Below are positions 16,685-23,825 of a DNA stretch of 63,525 nucleotides, one piece after another. The translations under genes and the position numbers were made by a program. Positions within the stretch are counted from its first letter, which is position 1. Every line of letters begins with the position of its first letter. Under the pieces are notes generated by a model. The model searched no databases and had not been told where the DNA came from. It saw only the letters and a program-made list of their open reading frames with translations. Origin of the DNA: Candidatus Omnitrophota bacterium (lineage in GTDB: Bacteria > Omnitrophota > Gorgyraeia > Gorgyraeales > Gorgyraeaceae); NCBI GenBank assembly GCA_030691625.1, contig JAUYDX010000078.1:1-63525 (forward strand), read 5' to 3'.

Positions 16685-18297
16685 GTCATGCGCACAGATC
16701 TTATTATTTCCGGGTTTTTCTCATATTGAAAACAAAGCATTAATGCGGAGATAACGATGTTTTTTTCCGGATCAACCAGAAGCAGGATTTCATATACCCT
16801 TTTCATTTCTTCTGACTCTAATTCGAGCCGTGAGGCAAGTCTGTCAGGCGTCTTACAGCCAAGAGTAACAAGCATAAAAGGTTCGTTATGAATAGTGGTT
16901 AACTCGCAAGTTTTAAGGACTTTATACGCGCCTGAATCATGTATCCTATCAGCATATTCTAAAAGCATATCTTTAATAGGTTCGATCAGGCCGGGCAAAA
17001 GTCTTTTTGTGGCGTGCAGGACAATCTTTTGCTTATCGCCTTTAAATACCTTTGTATCCTCAGGGGCCTCTTGCCTGAGTCTCTCGTAATACACAGGGAT
17101 ATATTCTGGCGCATAATAAAGATATTCAAATGCCAAAGGCTGCCACCATACACCTGCAAACCAGTTATCACTTTCCAGGATATTTTCAGTGCCAACAGTC
17201 TCCATTTTGGGCTGGCTAGGCGCAAGCGGCAGCCAGACAGTAAACGTAGCGCCTCTTTCAGTTCTATCAGACGGGGAAATCTGCCTTGTTTCCAATTTAT
17301 CGTCAAAGGTTAATTTCCAGGCATCAGCTGATTCGGTTTTAGAATCTACCTGGATCTTGCCGCCTTTCAATTTAAGATACTCCAGAGTCAGGTAAAGGCC
17401 CTGTCCTACTTTCTCTCCCTCTTCAAGCTCTTTTGTGGTAAATCCTTCTTCGAATATGTGAGGTAAAATCTCTTTAGGAATCCCAGGCCCTTTATCAGAA
17501 ACCTTTATTTTAGCCCATCTGCCTTCTTTGGAAGTTTCTATTGTAACCTGGGATGAATATCTTGAAGATCTTAAAGCATTTCCTATAAAATTATCAATGA
17601 TACCGATGATAATCAATGACTCCTCGTCTATGGTCTTGTCAAAGACTAAATCCTCCTGACATAAGGTTAACTTCGAATGCTCTTTATTAGGTCTGGGTAG
17701 AATTCTATTGTAAAAAATTTCAATAATTCTATTCATATCATTGGTGGAAAATAAAATTTGCATAGATTCCGCTAAACCCGAAAGCGTTCTCATGTCTTCT
17801 GTTATAATAGCCTCTATCTCATCAATAATAGACTTTTGTGCCTTACTATTGAACAATCCCCTTGCTTCTTCTATGATTGAGTTGGTTAAACTAATAAGTT
17901 TTTCTATTTTTTCGGAAATTGTACGTAATCTCTCAAAATCCAAATTTGACTCTACACTATTAAACCACCCTTGTAATTGAGATTGGCTTTTCTTGTGCCA
18001 ATTATTAATAGCCTCATTTTCCCGCCATGGTGATTCTAATTCGTTTTTTGCAGAATTAAGACTTTCATACATTGAATATACGCGACCATTAAAAATATGT
18101 AAAATATGTCCCTGCATCAATTGTTTTATTCTATTTCTAAACGAGGTCATTTGTTGAGATTGTATATTTTCTTTCACAAAGCTTCCCTGCATCGGCGGCC
18201 TTAAGGCAGAATCCAAGCCTGAAGCGCAAAATCCCGCGCTTTGGCACAGGAAAATCACTATCAATAATAAACTAAGCGCCTTTTTGTTCTTTGTCAT
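16681..18297 (-). CDS. exported or membrane-anchored histidine-kinase-like ATPase with a degenerate H-box
   Basis: 538 aa with an N-terminal signal or anchor (ALSLLLIVIFLCQSAGFCASG). GHKL motifs are IDNFIGNALRSS, VSDKGPGIP and GQGLYL. The H-box position reads ITEDMRTLSGL, with Glu in place of His. A roughly 170-aa unknown C-terminal region follows. Confidence 0.78.
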   Translation of the reverse strand: MTKNKKALSLLLIVIFLCQSAGFCASGLDSALRPPMQGSFVKENIQSQQMTSFRNRIKQLMQGHILHIFNGRVYSMYESLNSAKNELESPWRENEAINNWHKKSQSQLQGWFNSVESNLDFERLRTISEKIEKLISLTNSIIEEARGLFNSKAQKSIIDEIEAIITEDMRTLSGLAESMQILFSTNDMNRIIEIFYNRILPRPNKEHSKLTLCQEDLVFDKTIDEESLIIIGIIDNFIGNALRSSRYSSQVTIETSKEGRWAKIKVSDKGPGIPKEILPHIFEEGFTTKELEEGEKVGQGLYLTLEYLKLKGGKIQVDSKTESADAWKLTFDDKLETRQISPSDRTERGATFTVWLPLAPSQPKMETVGTENILESDNWFAGVWWQPLAFEYLYYAPEYIPVYYERLRQEAPEDTKVFKGDKQKIVLHATKRLLPGLIEPIKDMLLEYADRIHDSGAYKVLKTCELTTIHNEPFMLVTLGCKTPDRLASRLELESEEMKRVYEILLLVDPEKNIVISALMLCFQYEKNPEIIRSVRMT

Positions 18298-18341
18298 AAA
18301 TTCGTCCGCCTAATCCGGCAAATCTAACCAGGTTATAATAT

Positions 18342-19676
18342 TTAATTTGCTGTCCTGACAGCTTTTAGAGATTCTACATTTACTACGTCAGCGTCTCCTG
18401 ACTCTAGAGCGGCTAAAATACGCTTTAGTCTTTCAGTCTGAATTTTTATATGACTTAGATAGTCATTCATCATACTTGCTAACTTTGCTCTAAGCTCAGG
18501 GTTCTTTATAGCCTCGGCTAACCTCTTTCTATTAGCATCTTCGCTATTAGATAGTATAACCGCATAATCCAAAAGACTCTTTTCCTGAGAATATACAGAG
18601 ACCACATTTGTTAATATTTCCAGATGCTCCATTGCGTTTCTGCAATATAGCAGTATCTCAGGAACTGCCAATCTTCCTTCTTTTGACAGCATTACTGCCA
18701 AGCTTGACCAGCTTCTTGCTTCAACAACGTCTTTGCCAAAAACATGTTCGAATATAGTTACTGCAGATATTGGAAAAAACCTCTGAAGGTCTTGACGAAT
18801 ATGAGATAGGAAAAAATCAATTATACCTTGCACCTCTGCATCAAACTCTTTCAATAAAACCTGCTGGCGTTCTGTCAGGCCGTAAGGAGAAAAATGGACA
18901 ATGCCCTTCAATAACCCTGCCTCATCCTTAAGCGGCGCAGAGCCCAATAAATTATCTATAGTGACCCTGTTTTTTAATATCTCTTCTTCCAATCCGGATA
19001 GTTTATTTTTTATTACTGAATACAGATCATCGTCAAAGATAGCCTCGAGCTCTTCATCTGTAAAAATAATGCTGATCTCGCGCAAGGCCTCTGCCATGGA
19101 ACCCGAGGCATGTATCTTGTTATGCTGCAGATTTATCCCAGAACCACTAGGAACCAGTTGAGTCCTCCTATATCTCAAAGTGCCGGGTTCTGTGCCGTTA
19201 GATTCTCCGGCTAATTTTTTAAACTCCTCTACTGCGTTTTTGGAATCTGTCTTTTGCAAAATCAGAGGCACTGATTCCCCTGATATCAGATATTGAACAA
19301 GCGGATTATAGTATGGCTTATTTTTATGCCTCTCGTCATGTTCCGCATAATGCCTCCTTGCATTCTCTTGTGTATATCGTCTGGGGTTTCCAATATAGAC
19401 TATCTTAAAACCTTTGTCTTTTATCTCGTCTAATATCTCTTTTTGTATATCTTCCCCGGCATCCGGTTTGAACATCGCGAATGTAAAATTCTGGCTCTGT
19501 AAATCTGATAATGTTATAAAAAATGCCTTATCTTTTTTTTCTTGAACTTTTACGGTTTCTTTGGCTAAACTGCCTTGCATCAGCGGCCTCAGAGCATATC
19601 CATGCTGCGGCGTCAAAAACGCGCCTATCAGCGTAAATATTAAAGCTATATTTATTATTTTATTTATCTGTTTCAT
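18342..19676 (-). CDS. exported or membrane-anchored nucleoside-diphosphate-kinase-fold protein fused to a ~230-aa unknown helical domain
   Basis: 444 aa with the signal-like N-terminus MKQINKIINIALIFTLIGAFL. NDK motifs are FAMFKPDA, GFKIVY, ARRHYAEHD, SGESVPLIL, NAVEEFKKLAG, PGTLR, and NKIHASGS...ALREISIIF, with the catalytic His retained. Confidence 0.82.
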   Translation of the reverse strand: MKQINKIINIALIFTLIGAFLTPQHGYALRPLMQGSLAKETVKVQEKKDKAFFITLSDLQSQNFTFAMFKPDAGEDIQKEILDEIKDKGFKIVYIGNPRRYTQENARRHYAEHDERHKNKPYYNPLVQYLISGESVPLILQKTDSKNAVEEFKKLAGESNGTEPGTLRYRRTQLVPSGSGINLQHNKIHASGSMAEALREISIIFTDEELEAIFDDDLYSVIKNKLSGLEEEILKNRVTIDNLLGSAPLKDEAGLLKGIVHFSPYGLTERQQVLLKEFDAEVQGIIDFFLSHIRQDLQRFFPISAVTIFEHVFGKDVVEARSWSSLAVMLSKEGRLAVPEILLYCRNAMEHLEILTNVVSVYSQEKSLLDYAVILSNSEDANRKRLAEAIKNPELRAKLASMMNDYLSHIKIQTERLKRILAALESGDADVVNVESLKAVRTAN

Positions 19677-19687
19677 CGAACCACCCC

Positions 19688-19722
19688 AACCACGTAGGAT
19701 GCCTACGGCAACCTACGTGGTT
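19688..19722. repeat. variant of palindromic element family P4 (AACCACGTAGG ... CCTACGTGGTT)
   Basis: 11-bp arms 19688-19698 / 19712-19722. It sits immediately upstream of the GGGGTGG Shine-Dalgarno and the ATG of the NDK-fusion gene. Confidence 0.75.
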
Positions 19723-19760
19723 TACCATACCTCTTTATAAAGCTCTTCATATCGCTGGAC

Positions 19761-19787
19761 AGAAAAAGGCCATGTTCCCATGGCCTG
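19761..19787 (-). terminator. Rho-independent terminator downstream of aroK
   Basis: The minus strand reads AGGCCATG-GGAA-CATGGCCT followed by TTTTTC: an 8-bp GC-rich stem plus a T-tract, about 57 nt after the aroK stop. Confidence 0.75.
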
Positions 19788-19843
19788 CTTTGAATTGTTA
19801 CTTATTGAATCTATTGAGGTTGTATTATATCAGATTTGATATA

Positions 19844-20344
19844 TTACGTCAATATTTTTATTATTTCCTCTGCAACCTGGTCTATGGTAAGATTATTTGT
19901 ATTTACGCTGAAATCCGCCTTATTGTAATACGGCTCTCTTTTCTTAAGAAGTTCCCCTATCTGCTTTTTAGGGTCAGGGACATTGAGGAGCGGCCTGGTT
20001 TTAATGTTTTTAGTCCTTTTAAGGATAGTGTCAGGAGACGCCTTGAGGCAGATAATGATACCGCTGCTTTTAAGATTCTTGAAATTCTCTTCGTCAATTA
20101 TCGCTCCGCCGCCTGCGGATATAACAGTGTTCTTACGTAAACTTGCCTCTTTAACAACCTCTTTCTCAACTGACCTGAAATGCGGCTCTCCCTTTTTCTC
20201 GAATATATCCTTAATGGACATCTTTTCCCTTGCCTCTATAGCTTCGTCCAGCTCTAAAAAATCCTTCTTGAGCTTCTTTGCCAATAGTTTTCCCACAACG
20301 CTCTTACCCGTACCCATAAAACCCACTAGGATTATATTATTCAT
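19844..20344 (-). CDS. aroK: shikimate kinase
   Basis: 166 aa with the GFMGTGKS P-loop. Confidence 0.9.
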   Translation of the reverse strand: MNNIILVGFMGTGKSVVGKLLAKKLKKDFLELDEAIEAREKMSIKDIFEKKGEPHFRSVEKEVVKEASLRKNTVISAGGGAIIDEENFKNLKSSGIIICLKASPDTILKRTKNIKTRPLLNVPDPKKQIGELLKKREPYYNKADFSVNTNNLTIDQVAEEIIKILT

Positions 20345-20360
20345 ACTGCTATAATATCCA

Positions 20361-20397
20361 AAGTTGACACTTCTGTCAATGACAGAAGTGTCAACTT
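20361..20397. repeat. variant of palindromic element family P2 (AAGTTGACACTTCTGTC-AAT-GACAGAAGTGTCAACTT)
   Basis: 17-bp perfect arms with a 3-nt loop, in the divergent gap between aroK and the plus-strand gene. Confidence 0.85.
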
Positions 20398-20413
20398 GGT
20401 CTTGTATTATTAA

Positions 20414-21031
20414 ATGCTATATGATATACTCTATTCTCAAATGAAAAGATTTTCTGCCGCAACTTTCATATTTACGTTTATTGTCTTTTCAGGCTATGCG
20501 TGGTGCGCTGATTTTAAAGACAAAAACAGCACGCTATGGGATATAAGAAATAAAGACAACTCCATATATCTGAACCGCTTTTCCGCTTCAAAGGACCTTA
20601 CCAGATACGACATAAAAACCTCTCTTTTCGGAGAATCGCAGTGGAATTTCGGTACTTCCAGATGGGATAAGGTGACAGCCGGGCTGGAGGCAAAGAAAAT
20701 CGTTCTGAAATATGTTTATTTAGGAGAATCTATCCAGTTTATTTACGGCGATCTGCTGGATTATATGACATTTGATCCTGGAAATCTTTCTTATGAAACA
20801 ACTGTGAAACTCGGTTTTATATTCCCCTTGTCCAAAAAACTTTCCTTCAGGATATGGAATGAATATTCCTACAACCTGGAACAAGGCGCCGCAGGGCTTA
20901 ATGAGGTCTTAATAGAGATACCTTACAAGGTGAACGAGAATCTGGATGTCGGGATAGGATGGCGCCACACTGACAGGATTCACACCTTTGATTCAGATTA
21001 CGCTACTACTTCGGTTGTCCTACATTTTTAA
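20414..21031 (+). CDS. hypothetical exported protein, possible small outer-membrane beta-barrel
   Basis: 205 aa. The likely true start is MKRFSAATFIFTFIVFSGYAWC (20441). The sequence has alternating aromatic/hydrophilic beta-like segments and ends in ...VVLHF (C-terminal Phe). Confidence 0.55.
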   Translation: MLYDILYSQMKRFSAATFIFTFIVFSGYAWCADFKDKNSTLWDIRNKDNSIYLNRFSASKDLTRYDIKTSLFGESQWNFGTSRWDKVTAGLEAKKIVLKYVYLGESIQFIYGDLLDYMTFDPGNLSYETTVKLGFIFPLSKKLSFRIWNEYSYNLEQGAAGLNEVLIEIPYKVNENLDVGIGWRHTDRIHTFDSDYATTSVVLHF

Positions 21032-22063
21032 TCCGGCTGCGTAACCTTTATAATTTCTTTTTACTTCGCTGATACTGTCTCCGCCGAATTTTTCCAGAAA
21101 TACTTTCGCTATAACAAAAGCTGTTACTGCCTCGCCTGCCACGCCAGCCGCGCTGACAGCGCACACATCAGATCTTTCAGTAGAGGCCTTTACCTGTTTT
21201 TTTGTATTAATATCCACGGTATTTAAGCCGTCCATGAGAGTGCTTATAGGTTTCATGAATGCGCGCGCTACTATGTCTTCTCCATTAGAAATGCCGCCTT
21301 CTATGCCGCCGGCATTATTGGTATTCCTGTAAACGCCTTTTTCTTTGGAATAAAAGATCTCGTCGTGGACCTTTGAGCCTGGTTTTCCAGCGGATTCAAT
21401 GGCATTTCCTATTTCAACTGCCTTGATAGCGGGTATGGACATCAGCGCCTGAGCGAGACTGGCGTCCAAACGCCTATCCCAGTGCGCACAGCTTCCTAAA
21501 CCAGGGACCACACCTTTAACCATTACCTCGAATACTCCGCCGAGGGTGTCTTTTGATTTTTTCGCCTCGTCTATTTTTTCTTTCATGGAGCTTTCTGTCT
21601 TAGCTCCGCCTATCATTAAAACCCTGCTTAGGATTTTAATGTCGAATTCCGCAAGTAGGATTTTACATATGGCTCCAATACCTACTCTGGCAGCTGTTTC
21701 TCTTGCAGAAGCTCTTTCCAGTACACACCTGGCATCCTTAAACCCATACTTAAGAATCCCTGCCATATCTGCGTGGCCTGGCCTGGGATTAGTAACAGCT
21801 GGCAGGTTATCTATGCAAAAATCCTTGTTCTCTATCATCAGGGCTATAGGGCTTCCTATTGTAACACCTCTCATAAGGCCTGATAATATATTAGCGCTGT
21901 CATTTTCTATCTGCATCCTGGCGCCTCTCCCGTATCCCTCCTGCCGCCTTTTGAGGTCTTTGTCTATATCCTTAATATCTATCTTAAGGCCTGCCGGCAT
22001 GCCTTCCAATATGCCTATAAGGGCCTTTCCATGCGATTCTCCTGCGGTCAAAAATCTCAACAT
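21020..22063 (-). CDS. aroC: chorismate synthase
   Basis: 347 aa with TAGESHGKAL and RPGHADMAG motifs. Confidence 0.92.
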   Translation of the reverse strand: MLRFLTAGESHGKALIGILEGMPAGLKIDIKDIDKDLKRRQEGYGRGARMQIENDSANILSGLMRGVTIGSPIALMIENKDFCIDNLPAVTNPRPGHADMAGILKYGFKDARCVLERASARETAARVGIGAICKILLAEFDIKILSRVLMIGGAKTESSMKEKIDEAKKSKDTLGGVFEVMVKGVVPGLGSCAHWDRRLDASLAQALMSIPAIKAVEIGNAIESAGKPGSKVHDEIFYSKEKGVYRNTNNAGGIEGGISNGEDIVARAFMKPISTLMDGLNTVDINTKKQVKASTERSDVCAVSAAGVAGEAVTAFVIAKVFLEKFGGDSISEVKRNYKGYAAGLKM

Positions 22064-22090
22064 TTTCTCCTCCTTTTCAACATCTCCCCT

Positions 22091-22139
22091 CTAAACAACT
22101 TTACACTTGTGACAATGTTTGTAGTGTCAAGTTGTTTAG
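22091..22139. repeat. palindromic element family P2, asymmetric-centre copy (left flank of pilD)
   Basis: CTAAACAACTTTACACTTGTGACAATGTTTGTAGTGTCAAGTTGTTTAG. Its reverse complement matches 22911-22956 at 45 of 46 aligned positions. Confidence 0.88.
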
Positions 22140-22903
22140 AGTAAGAATAGGCTCAAAATTTTGTGGCCCCAAACCATTACCACGAAACTCGCTATGGAAA
22201 TATACGGGCCATAAGGTATTATATCCTGTTTTTTCACAAATTTCATGTAAATACCAATGGGCGCCCCGAAAAAAGGCGCCAGGAAAAAAATCAATATCGC
22301 CATCTTCCAGCCTAAAAACGCTCCCAGCATTGCCATAAGCTTTACATCGCCTCCGCCCATGCTCTCTTTTTTAAACGCGAGCTGGCCCAAAACGCCTGTC
22401 AGGTAAATCAAGCCTCCACCCGCGATAATCCCTAATATTGAATTTAAAAGAGCTCTCTGCCATGTAAATGAGCCCTGGAGCCCTGGAAAAATTACGCTCA
22501 ATATAACGCCTAAAAAAATACCTACAATACTGATCCTGTCAGGTATTATCTGAAATTCCAAGTCAATAAATGTGACCGCTATCAGGCTGAATGTAAGTAA
22601 ACTGTAAATCCAGAATACATAATGAAATTTGAAATTGGCATATAAAATAAGGAAACACAAAGCGCTTATTAATTCTACAAGAAAATAGCGCGGAGAAATC
22701 TTTGCCTTGCAAAACCTGCATTTACCAGCCAGCGCAATATAACTGAATATCGGGATATTGTCGTACCAGTTTATGGGCTTTTTGCAGGATACGCACCTTG
22801 AACCAGGGGTAACAATAGATTCTTTGCGCGGGATCCTGTAAATGCACACGTTCAGAAAACTGCCTATCACTAAACCGAATATAAAAATTATCAGTAACGC
22901 CAT
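22136..22903 (-). CDS. pilD: prepilin peptidase (A24 family)
   Basis: CVSCKKPINWYDNIP...CRFCKAKIS zinc motif and GGGDVKLMAMLGAFLGW. Start trimmed from the TTG at 22918 to the ATG at 22903 (MALLIIF...). Confidence 0.88.
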   Translation of the reverse strand: MALLIIFIFGLVIGSFLNVCIYRIPRKESIVTPGSRCVSCKKPINWYDNIPIFSYIALAGKCRFCKAKISPRYFLVELISALCFLILYANFKFHYVFWIYSLLTFSLIAVTFIDLEFQIIPDRISIVGIFLGVILSVIFPGLQGSFTWQRALLNSILGIIAGGGLIYLTGVLGQLAFKKESMGGGDVKLMAMLGAFLGWKMAILIFFLAPFFGAPIGIYMKFVKKQDIIPYGPYISIASFVVMVWGHKILSLFLL

Positions 22904-22910
22904 ATCCCGC

Positions 22911-22956
22911 CTAAACAACTTGACACTACAAACATTGTCACAAGTGTCAAGTTGTT
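22911..22956. repeat. palindromic element family P2, asymmetric-centre copy (right flank of pilD, inverted relative to 22091-22139)
   Basis: CTAAACAACTTGACACTACAAACATTGTCACAAGTGTCAAGTTGTT. Confidence 0.88.
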
Positions 22957-22957
22957 G

Positions 22958-23821
22958 CTATTTAAGGGCTGAACTTAATGCCTTTCTCATAATTTCAACC
23001 GGGGCTTTTTTGCCTGTCCAGAGAGAAAAACTAAAAGCGCCTTGGGCTGCAAGCATCCCTTTACCATTTATAACAGGGGATCCTAATGCGGATGCCTCCT
23101 TAAACAATCTTGTTTCTCTATTATACACTAGATCAAAAACATATAATTCCTTATGAAGCAAATCCTTAGGCACCGCCAAGCGATCATCCCCTTCTTCCAT
23201 ACCCACGGGAGAAGCGTTAACTAATAAATCAATCTCGTTTTTCAATTCAAGTATCTCCTTGGCGTCATATATAAATTTTATTTTATTTTCTAAATTGGAG
23301 TAATATTTTTTTGCAGAATCAATTGCTTCTTTGCTTATATCATATATATATATATTTCTTATATACTGACCAGATTCGGTAAGATCTGCAACAACAGCTC
23401 TACTTGCCCCTCCGCATCCGATAATTAGTACTTTTTTCCCTGTGGTTTTAAATTTTAAACCATCACCTAATGCAAAATTAAAACCAATTGGATCAGTATT
23501 GCAATATTCCAAATCTTCGCCATTCCTCTTTACTGTATTCACTGCGCCCGACATCTTATCATAATGCGTATATGGAATTGGGCTATTTTTAACTACATGA
23601 AATTTTTTCTGAAGAATTTCTCTTGCCTTGATCTTATGCGGAATGGTTATATTGAACCCGACTACATCTTTTCTGTTAAGCAAAAAATCTTCCAAGTCTT
23701 CAGGCTTTACCTCAAATAATTTATATTCCGCATTGATGCCGAGCGCCTTGAAGGCGGCATTGTGCATCGCGGGCGATAAACTATGTTTTATTGGCCAGCC
23801 GATAACACCGTAGATATCCAT
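22958..23821 (-). CDS. aroE: shikimate dehydrogenase
   Basis: 287 aa with GVIGWPIKHSLSPAMHN and the GCGGASRAV Rossmann motif. Confidence 0.9.
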   Translation of the reverse strand: MDIYGVIGWPIKHSLSPAMHNAAFKALGINAEYKLFEVKPEDLEDFLLNRKDVVGFNITIPHKIKAREILQKKFHVVKNSPIPYTHYDKMSGAVNTVKRNGEDLEYCNTDPIGFNFALGDGLKFKTTGKKVLIIGCGGASRAVVADLTESGQYIRNIYIYDISKEAIDSAKKYYSNLENKIKFIYDAKEILELKNEIDLLVNASPVGMEEGDDRLAVPKDLLHKELYVFDLVYNRETRLFKEASALGSPVINGKGMLAAQGAFSFSLWTGKKAPVEIMRKALSSALK

Positions 23822-23825
23822 CAGT

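Noticed and set aside
16303-17306. Same-strand alternative-frame ORFs inside larger genes: 16303..16527, 16986..17306, 55190..55375, 57181..57540, 61892..62251.
   Set aside because: They are fully nested within genes whose main frame carries clear domain motifs. They have Arg/Gly-rich or low-complexity translations, and nothing suggests overlapping genes.
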